Of a stretch of 64,000 nucleotides of DNA, positions 24,155-35,680 are shown piece after piece. The stretch lies in assembly GCA_964188305.1 (NCBI GenBank), contig OZ076895.1; one strand, given 5' to 3'. This DNA is from Podarcis bocagei (Eukaryota). The position numbers and the translations under genes were made by a program. How positions within the stretch are numbered: the stretch's first letter is position 1; every line of letters starts with the position of its first letter. Under the pieces are notes generated by a model, which saw only the letters and a list, made by a program, of their open reading frames with translations, did not search any database and was not told the DNA's origin.

Positions 24155-26426
24155 TACATGATTGGACATAGCTTTTGGATGTATAAGTTTCCAAGGACAG
24201 GACTTGTGCCCAGTCTAGGAGGCTTCCAACAGGCTCTAGCACACATCTTGGGAACAAGACACTTGGAGCACCTCTGTGCTTCAGGGCCTTGCTCAGGTTC
24301 GAGCCTACTTCATTGACAAAATGGAGTCTCTGGGATCATTTGCCCAGTCAGTCACTGCCTGCTGCTCTGCCCACCTCAGCTTGTGTCAGTGGCCCAGTCT
24401 CTGCCTACAGCCTGTATTCTTCATGGCTGTAGTTCTGCCTGCAGTTACAAGGAAAACAGTCAACTTCATAATGCAAGTTTTACCTTGGAGAAGTCTTGCC
24501 AGCAGCGTTTTTCAGTGCTGAGTTTCAAGTATCAGTGTGAGTCTGCTTGCTTACAACATCTCTGCTTAATTTTGATCAACTGTATTCCACCCCCCCCCCC
24601 CGAGCTGACGTTTCCTTGCTGAGCTGGTCTGATATATTGCAACCAGGTGTGTGTGAATCAGGTTTCAGAGGTTACGAGATCTGTGAGATCTGCAGAGACT
24701 ACCAAAGCTCTAAACTATGAATTCTCTGAGTGATAATGGCCAAATCAACATATTTTATATCCCCATTATGATAGACTTAAAAAATTGCGAGCTTTCTGAT
24801 GTGCCCATGATTCAGTAATGTTAATTTTTTAAAAGAAGCTGAAAGGAAATTTTGTCATGGCTCTGTCACTGCGTTCAAGGCACTCTGCCTTATTATATGG
24901 AGCACTGAGTTCCTGTGAGCAGATCTGCTTCATCCTTCAAGCAAGAACTGCAGAGGAGCAGTTTTTGCTTATGTACAGGCCAACATCTTGCCAATTAAAT
25001 TAATGCACATTGTGGCAAGTTCAATATACTGTCCCATTTATACAATACAGAGTTAATGAAAGGATGCTAATTTCAGCCTCAGAACAGGTTACATGATAAT
25101 CACTTATGGGCCCACAAAGTGTAATTATGTTTCCAGACATCAGTTCTGGAATCCTCATTTCTAATTTAAGATTAACAATTTTATCTCAGCACTGTAAACT
25201 GTACCTTTAGAAGGCATAATTTCATTAACTTGATTATATTTTGGACTGGTCAGAAGAAAACAAAATAGTTAATCCAAGAATTAATTATTCCCAAACACTA
25301 TTATTTAAAAAGTACAGAAAATTCTCTAAAACTGGCCAAATCAATAGCTTGAATTTATCTTTTCATTCACAGTATGAAATAAAAGTTTTATTTCTTGGCT
25401 GTCTAAAAAAGTTTTCCTCAAAATACTCAATGGATTTGGTGCATCCATAAGTCACATTAATTTCTTTCTGCTCTTTTAATACCTTGAGGTACTTGTTCTA
25501 TTTTCAAGAAAATTGCCCCCATCCAATCAATAAAAATATAAGCAGAGGATATGAATCTTTCAGAATCAATGGTGCATATAATAATTACATGAGTGATGGT
25601 TGGGAAGCTTAGTCTGTCAAAACAAAAAGCTTGATTTCAAAAAATCTTAACAAACTAGGAAAAAAGCAACCAGGGTACAATCCTATACATGTCTACTCAG
25701 AAGTCCCATTAAGATTGATGTCAGTTATTCCCATATATGATTGCAGCCTCAGCTACTCCTTTCTTTTATGAGGAAATATCAAGGCAAATCTCCATTTTCA
25801 CAAGAAAATACCTTTCTCAAGAGCTCAGAGGTACTGTATTTGTAATGGGCAAAAGTATTAATTTGGTACAAGACCGGTATATTTGAAGTCCTGAAATCAA
25901 CTGGTTGCATTTTATTTCAAAAGGGTTTCAAGAATCAGACTTTAAAATATATTTGTAGCAAGTGTCATAGCTCAAAAGTGACTTGGTTTGGAAACTATGA
26001 ATTTGGCATAATTACAGTCTTCGGTAAGACATTCTTTTGACAAGTCTTGAGCAGTGTTTCTCAAATCCTTTATCAAGGAGACAGTTCAGTGCAATATTAT
26101 ATTTGTTCATAAGCAAGCAGCTTTGGATGTTTCAGAAAGTGCCAATAAGTGGATTTGAGGGTTCCTTGTATTTTGTCTGCCCTTCTATTATAATGGCTGA
26201 CTAGGAACTCACAATCTGTACATTCTACCACACAAGTTATTGTTTCGGCACCTCAGTGAAAATTGTACAAGTAAAGCACTGCACACTTACTTGTTGGTGC
26301 TCTTGCAGTGTCTGGAGCCACATGTTTTTTGCCTCGATGTCACCACTTGTTAGGTGCTTGCTGACCCAACTAATGCATCAGTTCAAGACCCAAGAGGCTG
26401 CAGTGCAGATTCACTCAACCATATCT

Positions 26427-26744
26427 AGAATAGAATAGAATAGAATAGAATAGATTCTTTATTGTCATTACACAAGTGCAACATTGTACAAAGTGCAACG
26501 AAATTGGATGCCATCCCTTAAAACATCAAAAGCAAAACAACAACAACAACCAAACAAACCACATTCCAGCCACACCCACACCACACCCATCAAACTCCCA
26601 GGTCACACTATCGAGTTACAGCATTCAAAAAGGCCACAGCTCTTGGATAGAAACTGTTTTTCAGTCTATTTGTCTTTGACTTGATGTTTCTATATCTCCT
26701 GCCAGAAGGCAGTAGTGCAAACAGACCGTGTCCCGGGTGAGATG
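26427..26744 (-). mobile_element. Rex1/Babar-clade LINE 3' end with a (TTCTA)n tail
   Basis: Minus strand translates SHPGHGLFALLPSGRRYRNIKSKTNRLKNSFYPRAVAFLN, then AATAAA and a pentanucleotide tail. Confidence 0.85.
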
Positions 26745-28064
26745 AATAAAATAGCCGCCATCTATATATATGCATGTCATTTCAGTTGTGAAAATTCATT
26801 AATAGTCTGAAAAGCAGCCTGGGATTATGCTAAGATAATACCAAACAAACAGCAGATGCTGACATCACAAATGAATGTTTCGCTGACCACATGGAAAAGC
26901 CATAGAACATCTTTCTCCAACATGGTGCCTTCCAAGTGCCCACCAAGTGGGCACTCTAACAGCACCAGCCAGCATGGCCAATGGTCAAGGATGGTGGGAG
27001 TTCAAAACATCAGGAGGACACCCATTGGGGAAAGCTGACCTAGACCACTGAAAGGCAAATGCTGGCATATTTGCTTATACGTCTGGTAAAAGAGAGCGCT
27101 TAAGTACAGTGCTACTTCATGTATCAGACAAAAACCATAGCAGTTGTGTGGGCGCCACCCTGTGTCTGAACTGCATCGGGCAACCAAATGTCTGAGCTGC
27201 AGTAAAGATATACTAATTGGATCTACATTGACAGAATGTGCCATTTGAGGTTGTCCAGCTATTGAGCAATTATGCCTAAAGAAGAACCTTTGGTTTGAAA
27301 GACAGTAGAGTTTTATCTGTCTTCCTACACTACTGGCACAGCCCTCTCTGTCTGCGTTTCCTTAGATCTATTCCTCTTCCACACAAAAATAGAGATCTAT
27401 ATTTCTTGCAGATTTTTCACAGTGTTAATGTTTCCTGGATGACCTTTGAATAATCCATCAGGGTTAGAGGTTAATGAGATGCAGAAAGTGTAGGAAGAAA
27501 TTGTCAGTCTAGCCTGGCTACAAATGTTGGTGTGGTGAACTTCAAAGGCAGTTAGAAGGATATAAACAAAATTCAAATTAGGAAAATAAGAAATGATACG
27601 CATTATAAAGGATTTCCATTTTAATATTAAAGTTTCGAAGTGTCACATTGAAACTCAACTTTACCAGCAGGAGTCTACATGCTTAAATTTCAAACACTGA
27701 AGAAAATCACCTATTCAAGAGTTTGACAGTACCTTGTTCACAGAGATGGGTGACTCTTTTAAAAAAAATCAAATAAAGTGAACTTGAATATGCCTTCATT
27801 TTTGTGTCCTTGAGCTGCCAAGGAGAATGATACAACTGCTTAAAAGGAAATTTATAGCAATCATAAATGTCTGCTTCTTTGTTATACTCATGAAAAATAT
27901 CACTAGGGTCCCTGTAGCAGCCAGCACCTTCAGATGTTTTGGACTAGAACAACTCTGGCCAGCAGAGCTGATGAAAGTTGTAGTCCAAAGTATCTGGAGG
28001 GTACCAGTTTGGTGAAGGCTGCCGTAAAGACTCCATGAGTGGTACCTGATTTAAACAAGAAAGG

Positions 28065-28465
28065 GATGCTTGAGGGGTTGCTCATAAATTAGCAGATGAC
28101 CCCATTAGCGGTAGCTAATGCCGCAGAAGACAGAACCAGGATTCAAGATGACCTTAACAGATTCCATAACTGGGCCCAAACTAAAAAAATCAATTTCAAT
28201 AGGGACAAATCTAAGGTTCTACACTTTGGTAGGAATAATCAGTGCACCAATATAAGATTAGGGGCACCCAGCTTGCCAGCAGTGCATGTGAAAAAGATCT
28301 AGGGGTCTTAGTAGAGCACAAGCTTCACATGAGTCAATAGGGTAATGCAGCAGAAAAAAGAAGAAGCTACGACTATTCTAGGCTGTATCAACAGGATTAT
28401 AGTGTCCAGATCAAGGGAAGTAATAGTCCCACTCTATTCTGCCTTGGTCGTATCACACCTGGATT
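28065..28465 (+). mobile_element. Degenerate CR1 RT fragment
   Basis: Decayed FADD (ttagcagatgac), EDRTRIQDDLNR..NWA..KINFNRDKSKVLHFG, DLGVLV, and the agggaagtaatagtcccactctattctgccttggtc motif. Confidence 0.85.
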
Positions 28466-29599
28466 AGAGAGGTGTGTGTAGGATCTCTTTTTTGAGGTTC
28501 TGCATCTTATGAGACATATGAATATGGAAGTCTGCTTTCATGTGTGTAAAGCTGCTAGCTGGATTGGAAAGACTAGCTATTATTCCTATATGAAGTAATA
28601 GGATTTTATTTTATTTTTACATTTCATAGCATATGTAGCTATTACATTACTTGCTCCCTCTCCCACCATGAGATCCAACCCATTCCACTGAGTTGCAAAT
28701 AGCCAAAAGTTTTAAAGCTCGCCATCTTTCTGCAAACAAACTGTATAAACTTCAATTTAATACACCCACTTCCCAATTTTCTGTCATTTTACAAATGCTC
28801 CACTATTTGAAATTTCCACTCATTGTCAAGCTGTGGGGAAAGGACTTTTTACTCTACAGGTAATCCTTGTATATTTATTAGTTGTACCAAGAGATTCATA
28901 ATTTGTGTTTTGTTTGCCCTAAAACAACCTCTCGCAGTAGGTGTGAAATTAGTCTGCTAGGACATATATCTGTTGATATGCAGATTCTCCTCTTGTAATG
29001 CAGTGGCCGTTTGGTATTAAGTCATATACAGATGATATATGGAACACAGATTCACAAACTTCCTGTAACTGAATCTTCTTGAATCCCCTAGAAAATGAAT
29101 AGGGTTTCTGCAAGACAGACAAAGGGGAGTTTAATGGAGGCAGATAAATGTGGTGTGATCCTTTGTGATGGAGACAAGCTGGGTTAGCATGTCTGGAAGA
29201 CTTTCATGGATCAGGACTTCCAAGATGTGCATAAACTAAAGGAAAGGGGTATTTTATAAAACAGGGGTGGGGGGACCTGTGGCCTGCCAGACACTGCTAA
29301 ATCACATCTCCCAGTATCTCTGACTGTTGGCCATGTTGGCTGAAGCTGATGAGGTATTAAAGACCCTTTGAATCTTGCACCTCTCATGGTGGTAAAATAA
29401 TTCTGATAAATTCTGATAACTTGGTGTCCTTCAATGGTACTCTCAATCATTGCGGCTGTCATGGAAGAAAGACCTGCTCCCTGCTGCAAGGGCCATTTCT
29501 ACCTGGCCTAGGGGGCGAGGCCCAGACTCACACCCTGAGCAGCTAAAAGGCTCCTGGGAGGCTACTGGGACATTGCTGGAACTACTCTTGGGTTGGGGC

Positions 29600-29945
29600 A
29601 ACTGGCTATAATGTTTTAAAACATTTTAAACAGTTCTAATTTTGGTTCCTCTGTTGTCGGGTTGGTGTTGGTTAAATGGTTAGTTGGGGTTGGTGGTTAT
29701 TTTAATTTGGGTATGACTGTAAACTCCTTATTGTTGTTGTTGTTATTGTTACTACAGTATTATTGTTGTTGCTATTGTTGTTGGTTTCTATTGATTTATT
29801 GATTTGTTTGTTGCTTGTACAGGATATTTTGTTTTTTAAAGTTTGATGTTTTGTTGTGTTTTTATATATGTTGTATGCTGCCCAGAGCGGTTGGGGAAAC
29901 CCAGCCAGTTGGGCGGGATATAATTTTTTTAAAAATATTATTATC
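29600..29945 (+). mobile_element. L2-type 3' end
   Basis: T-rich tract then gctgcccagagcggttggggaaacccagccagttgggcgggatata, the same terminus as 51940-51990. Confidence 0.65.
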
Positions 29946-29954
29946 CATCTGATA

Positions 29955-30160
29955 TCTGATCACAAGTGGGGAAAGTGCTCCTGTGCTCAGATCCTGCTTG
30001 CGGAATTTCTGTAGTTATCTGGTTGGTCACTGTGAAAACAGGATGCCACACTAGGTGGGCCCTGGTCTGATCCAGCAGGCTCTTCTTAGATTCTTAGAAT
30101 CTAAGAAGGATCTAAGGACCCTTCTTAGGATCTAAGAATCTTAGGATTCTTAGGATTCTA
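29955..30160 (+). mobile_element. CR1 3' end with a rearranged, palindromic tail
   Basis: gtcactgtgaaaacaggatg...ctgatccagcaggctcttctta, followed by repeated and inverted TTCTTAG units. Confidence 0.8.
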
Positions 30161-30365
30161 ATGGCAGGATCACTCTTGAACCAGCATAGCTCACCTTGAA
30201 GACTGCGGGCCCCAGATGCAATCTCAAGAATTGCCTTTATCTGGAAGCTCTTTAGATGTCAGTGCAAGGCATAAGCTGTTAAAGAGTCAGAAACTGGAAG
30301 ACAGGTAGTCTAGAGCATCTCACTTCCTACTGCACGCTACATTGCAGGTGTTTGGGGAATATATA

Positions 30366-30776
30366 GTTGTTGTTGTTTAGTCGTTTAGTCGTATCTGACT
30401 CTTCGTGACCCCATGGAACAGAGCACGCCAGGCACTCCTGTCTTCTACTGCCTCCCACAGTTTGGTCAGGCTCATGTTTGTAGCTTCGAGAACACTGTCC
30501 AGCCATCTCGTCCTCTGTCGTCCCCTTCTCCTTGTGCCCTCCATCTTTCCCAACATCAGGGTCTTTTCCAGGCAGTCTTCTCTTCTCATGAGGTGGCCAA
30601 AGTATTGGAGCCTCAGCTTCAGGATCTATCTTCCAGTGAGCACTCAGGGCTGATTTCCTTAAGAATGGAGAGGTTTGATCTTCTTGCAGTCCATGGGACT
30701 CTCAAGAGTCTCCTCCAACACCATAATTCAAAAGCATCAATTCTTCAGCGATCAGCCTTCTTTATGGTCCAGCTCT
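30366..30776 (-). mobile_element. BovB LINE 3' end with a (CAA)n tail
   Basis: ORF MRREDCLEKTLMLGKMEGTRRRGRQRTRWLD...WRALFHGVTKSQIRLND; (GTT)n on the plus strand. Confidence 0.93.
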
Positions 30777-30784
30777 TTATGGTC

Positions 30785-30979
30785 GCCTTCATGGATCACT
30801 GCCTTGTCGTGGCGAAGGGGCTTGAATAACTCAGAGAAGCTATGAGCTACGCCGTGCAGGGCCACCCAAGATGGACAGGTCATCATGGAGAGTTTTGACC
30901 AAACGTGATCCACCTGGAGCAGAAACCGGCAAGCCACTCCAGTATCCCTGCCAAGAAAACTCCATGGACAAAGACAACA

Positions 30980-30983
<4 letters not shown>
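30785..30983 (+). mobile_element. BovB 5'-region segment, inverted relative to the adjacent 3' end
   Basis: cactgccttgtcgtggcgaaggggcttg...gggccacccaagatggacaggtcat...ccactccagtatccctgccaagaaaactccatgga. Confidence 0.8.

Positions 30984-31032
<49 letters not shown>
30983..31032. repeat. (TA)n microsatellite, left flank of the Penelope-like element
   Basis: Seen directly; a matching (TA)n lies at ~31924-31945. Confidence 0.97.
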
Positions 31033-31034
<2 letters not shown>

Positions 31035-31110
31035 CTTTCGTAGATTTTCACGGGTACAGGAATGCAGGTTTTGGTGTCTTCGGGTGTCTTCCCGTGTAAG
31101 AGTTGGGGTG

Positions 31111-31160
31111 TCTAGGCGACGTTTCGACGAGGTCTCACTCGTCATCTTCAGGCTGGTGCT
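31111..31160 (-). ncRNA. Minimal type I hammerhead ribozyme motif, minus-strand copy
   Basis: Exact reverse complement of the copy at 31827-31876. Confidence 0.75.
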
Positions 31161-31826
31161 TTCGGCTTCTTGTTACTAGAACAGAGCAGGATCTCAGTGT
31201 TTGAGTTCCTATAAATACTGTTGAGGGGGTGTGGTGTATAGCCTCCAACGTTCTGGGCAGAGAGGAAGTTCCCAGGTTAATGTGTCTTTTCTTCTTTTGT
31301 TCATTAATTACTTGAGGGATATCTTGAGTGATTACTTGAGTGATATTCTGAGTACCACTTAGGAGGGTCATTAGGTGTGGATTAGTTGCTAAAGCTTTCG
31401 TGTCTTGACCTCTTGACCTTGTGAAGAGTTTTTCTGAGAAGATGGCTGTACTGCACTTAGTTGTGCTCTGGCTTGGCTTCGTGTATAGGGGCGAGCTGTG
31501 GTTTTGTGCCCTGTGCCAGCCAGATCTGTGTAGGGATTGCAGGGGGGTGCAGCATCCGGAGGTGCCACTATGGTTTGGCTACTGGATGGTGTCTGTAATT
31601 TATCTGTGGAGAGGGTCTGGGTTTGGGTCTGGTACTCAGAATATCACTCAAGTAATCACTCAAGATATCCCTCAAGTAATTAATGAACAAAAGAAGAAAA
31701 GACACATTAACCTGGGAACTTCCTCTCTGCCCAGAACGTTGGAGGCTATACACCACACCCCCTCAACAGTATTTATAGGAACTCAAACACTGAGATCCTG
31801 CTCTGTTCTAGTAACAAGAAGCCGAA

Positions 31827-31876
31827 AGCACCAGCCTGAAGATGACGAGTGAGACCTCGTCGAAACGTCGCCTAGA
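31827..31876 (+). ncRNA. Minimal type I hammerhead ribozyme motif, plus-strand copy
   Basis: CTGAAGA (31836-31842), T, stem II GACGAG-tgagac-CTCGTC, then GAAAC and GTC (31862-31869). Palindromic ACGT stands in place of stem III. Confidence 0.75.
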
Positions 31877-33214
31877 CACCCCAACTCTTACACGGGAAGA
31901 CACCCGAAGACACCAAAACCTGCATATATATATATATATATATATGGTTTGATATAATTTTAATCTCCTTCTCACAAACAGGAGAAGAAATGAGAGTTTC
32001 ATAAACACCCTGTGAAGTAAAGCTTGTACAAAAAAATGATAAACAAAATCATCGTGGGACCAAGATCCTTGCCAACATGCTTTCTCTCAGCAACAGCAGA
32101 TGCCAATTTTGAAGAAAATCCCAAAGATTCAAAGGATTTGTATATGCGTATGCATTATCATATTGTTGTTTAGACAAATAGTATGCCTGGTCAAATAATA
32201 TGGGAAAATTAATATTTGCAAATAATTATTGTATGAAAAAGTGCCAGTAATCAAAAGTGATATTATTTGCAAACACTTTTGGGGGAGAGGGAGGACTAGC
32301 TCTGATAAATAGGATAGCAGATGGGTCCAGATTAAATACATGGCTGTAAAATACTCCAGGGACCCGACTTGTTTACGAACAGCAGCTGAACCCTAAGAGT
32401 AAATTTTACCCTGGGAGCCTCCTGTTGTTGAATGTTGTTCTGCTTGCTGGATTTCTTTTTTAGCTAGGTTTTTTTGGGGGGGGGCACAGTGACATTCATT
32501 ATTTTTTGAAAAGTTGGGAATGGCTTTTGTATTGGGAATTGTGTTTCTTTGAATCTGTTTACCTCATGTGGTGTGTTTTTCCTTTTGACACTACAGTGGT
32601 AGGCCTATATCACTTTACTGGCCACTAGTTCAGCACATCTGCCACTTCACCTGCAGAGGATGTAGACGAGTAAACAGAGCTGCATGTCATCAATGTATTG
32701 CTTCAGATACGCATATAATGTGGGTAGAAATAACACGCTAAAGGCCACAGTTCTAGTCCAAGCTGCATTAGGAGCTTTAACACAGCTGAGAAATGCTGAA
32801 AGACCCCACATGCAAACAAATGTAACTTTAAAATATGTGAAATATTCATCTGTTTCTGATTCTTGTGAAATCTGATATTCATAATGCATAAATGAACAAC
32901 AACCATTTATTCATGTTTGCTTTTCTCCTTGCAAGCCTTATTTGTGATGGCTTTTAATATGTATTAATGCCTAAAAGAACAACATTAAGTCATGGAGCAA
33001 CTCAGCTAAGACTTGCTGAAATTGATTAAATAGTTGGATCATCTTATCCCTTTTATTCAAATTGACAGAACGTAGGCCAAATACGCATACCATTGGTTTG
33101 CCCTTTTCGTTATGCTATGGCATGGTGATATACCACCTTGTTATTTATCTGTTCTTTAACGAAAATTGTACTAGGTAATTAGCAATGAAGATATACAGAT
33201 ATTCTGGGGTCTGA

Positions 33215-33982
33215 ACTGTTAGCAACTGACCAGGTACCAGACCTTGGAGTCATAGCTGATAGCACAACAAAGATGTTGACCTAGTGTGTAGCAGCTGTGG
33301 AAGAAGGAACATTCCACAGAATCACTAGCAAAGGAACTGAAAACTGCCAATATCATAATGTGGTTATATAAAGCTAATACAATGTACAATTCTGGTCATC
33401 TCACCTCCCAAGGGACATTGTATTGCCAGAGAAGGTTCAGAAAATGGCAACCAAAATGATAAAGGGCATTGAACAGCTCTCCTGTGAGGAAAAGTTTCTA
33501 CATTGGGGTTTTTTTGGGTTAAATAAAAGGCCAAGTAAGAGGCAACAAGTTAGAGAAAGCGGATAGATAAAAGTTGTTCCCCCTCTCTCTTAATACTAGA
33601 ACTTGTGAACATCTGGCGAAGCCGAACGTTGGAAAATTCCAGAAAGTACTTCACACAGTGCATAGTTAAATTATGGGATTTGTTTCCATGAGAAGTAGTG
33701 ATGACTTCCAACTTGGATGACTTTAAAGGAAGATTAGACAAATTAATGAAGGATAAGTCTATATCAGTGGCAACTAGCCACAATGGTACTGTTCGTCCTC
33801 CATAGCAGGATGCACTATGCCTTTGAATACCAGTTGCTGGGAATTGCAAGTGGGGAGAGGGCTGTTGTGGTCAGGTTCAGTTTTCAGGCTTTCTATGGGT
33901 ATCTGCTTGGCCACTGTGACAACAGAGTGCTGGACTAGATGGGCCTTTGGCCTAATTCAGCAGCGCTTTGCTTATGTTCTAT
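33215..33982 (+). mobile_element. CR1 LINE 3' portion, degenerate
   Basis: gaccttggagtc (DLGV), gagaaggttcagaaaatggcaaccaaaatgataaagggc, aagtacttcacacagtgcatagttaaattatgg, and terminal gctggactagatgggcctttggcc...cttatgttct. Confidence 0.88.
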
Positions 33983-35513
33983 AACACAAAATGGTATCTC
34001 TGCAAAAACTGCTGACTTAATGCAATATTTTTCTTCTTCTTCAACAGCTTCGCTGTTGTATATTGCAGCTAAGTCTTGATTATTAACTTTTTGAAAACAT
34101 TACATTAACCAGTATGGTGGTGGAAGACAAATGCACCTGAAGCAATAAGAACGTGCTGTTATTTTTGCAACACAGAGAAAGAAAAAATATGAAAGAAAAT
34201 GTAACATTGACTAGCCTATTGATTGGAGACTTGTAACCAGACACAGTTCTATAAAACCTGCCATCCTGAACTCTCCTTAGCTTTATCTTCTACACCATGC
34301 TCAGTTCCTATCCTACTACCCCCCTGCCTTGCCTCACTACTCTGCTTTTTCCTAATTTTAGTCCTTGGCTCTATCCCTATAGCATTTTGATTCATGGCCT
34401 GTTCTTCTGTTGCTGCCATCCTTTTATGACTGAGTGTTGCGCAAAGGGAATGTCAGAAGCACGAATGCTGCCATAGCAAGGCTGTGACTGACTAGAATCC
34501 GCTTTCTGTGCCTGCATGAATATCAGAATCTCATTACGATTTTATTTAAATAGCAAAGGAACTATTTCCTGTCTTCTACCACCAGGGGGGACCATAGTTA
34601 CAACCATGGCTGTGTCCTTGACTACTGTCAAATAGGTTTGCTTCTTGCATAGAAAAAAAAAATGATTTCAAAAGGAGTTTACATATTAAACCAGAAACAC
34701 CACTAGCATCACAACAACAAAAGCCACATCTGCCCTCTTTCAGAGCTACTATAAAATTTGCTAACCTCTTTACGTTAAATGCACTTCAGGAAGCAGGGTA
34801 GACCCTTCTCTTAAAGTAAGGGCAAGCTATTTGGTTTCTTTTGTAAATGAAAGGGAGAGAAGTTTTCATATACTGCTGTTAAAAGGATAACCGAGACACC
34901 TACTGATTGCATACATTAGTTAAATAAAGTGATACTTCAGCAGAATGCATTTTCATTGAAGTGCATGAGGAAAGATGCCTGTGAAGTAATTCCATGTGAG
35001 CACTGCAGCATAGGTGGGTTCTGGATGGGGGCGGGCTCATAAGGCAGTGACCACCAAACCACCTATCAGCAAATTAATCAAGCAAATTCTTTCTAGCTAA
35101 GCAATAGTCCATGAGAGCTTAGTGTAATGCTTGACTATTAAAAAGTGAACATGAAAAAGTTATTTGGATCATGGGATTTGAAATTCAAGTTAAATATGCA
35201 CAAGTTAGCAAAAAGAAAGATACTTTTATAAAATAAAATAAAAAGGTGAGTAGTTGGAGAGTGGTCCATGGAAAATGGAGGCAGTCCTTTGCATGTTAAC
35301 GATTGCAAGTTTAATCTGTAGTTCAAGTACTAAGGAACTCTGAACAAACCAAGATCTCTACTTGAGATGCCCCAAAGATGCTGTTACCTGACTTATTTAT
35401 CTATTATAAAATGCATAACCTGGACTTCAAAAATACTTTTCTTGACCTTCTAGGTTTGTGACGTTCAGGGTCCACCTGCTGTCACTTTCAAGGGTTCGAT
35501 GTTTGATATTTAT

Positions 35514-35680
35514 TAGAACAATAGAATAATTGAAGTCTATGGAATTGGAAGTGACTCTGAGGGCCATCTAGTCCAACCCCCTCCAATGCAAGAATTCTGT
35601 CCACAGCCATCCCTGGGTGGGCTTGAACCACCAACTTTCTGGTTATCAGCCAGATGCATTGACCCACTGCGTCACATAAA
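35514..35680 (-). mobile_element. SINE with a tRNA-Asn(GTT)-like head and a CR1 3' tail
   Basis: Reverse complement tgtgacgcagtgggtcaatgcatctggctgataaccagaaagttggtggttcaagcccacccagggatg resembles tRNA-Asn. It is followed by ttcttgcattggagggggttggactagatggccctc. Confidence 0.78.

Larger units (their letters stand above)
31033..31925 (-). mobile_element. Penelope-like element (PLE), 5'-truncated, with an inverted pseudo-LTR
   Basis: 296-bp inverted repeat (31062-31357 / 31630-31925), hammerhead core CTGAAGA...GAAACGTC, PLE-like terminus cccgtgaaaatctacgaaagc, and insertion in (TA)n. Confidence 0.85.

Noticed and set aside
30785-30983. HDV-like ribozyme in the BovB/RTE 5' regions (also 60790-60905)
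   Set aside because: Some RTE elements have one, but I could not build the nested double pseudoknot from this sequence.
31421-31852. 143-aa ORF and its mirror at 31135-31371 sharing an identical peptide
   Set aside because: The identity comes from the inverted repeat. There are no RT or GIY-YIG motifs, so this is not a duplicated gene.
34579-34593. CCACCAGGGGGGACC as a CTCF site
   Set aside because: An extra G replaces the conserved C of GGC, so the match is too weak to call.
35608-35680. tRNA-Asn-like sequence as a functional tRNA gene (likewise 22942-22987, 36893-36965, 42331-42400)
   Set aside because: Stems and anticodon are mutated and each sits in a SINE-like context, mostly fused to a body or LINE-derived tail, so these are SINE heads.
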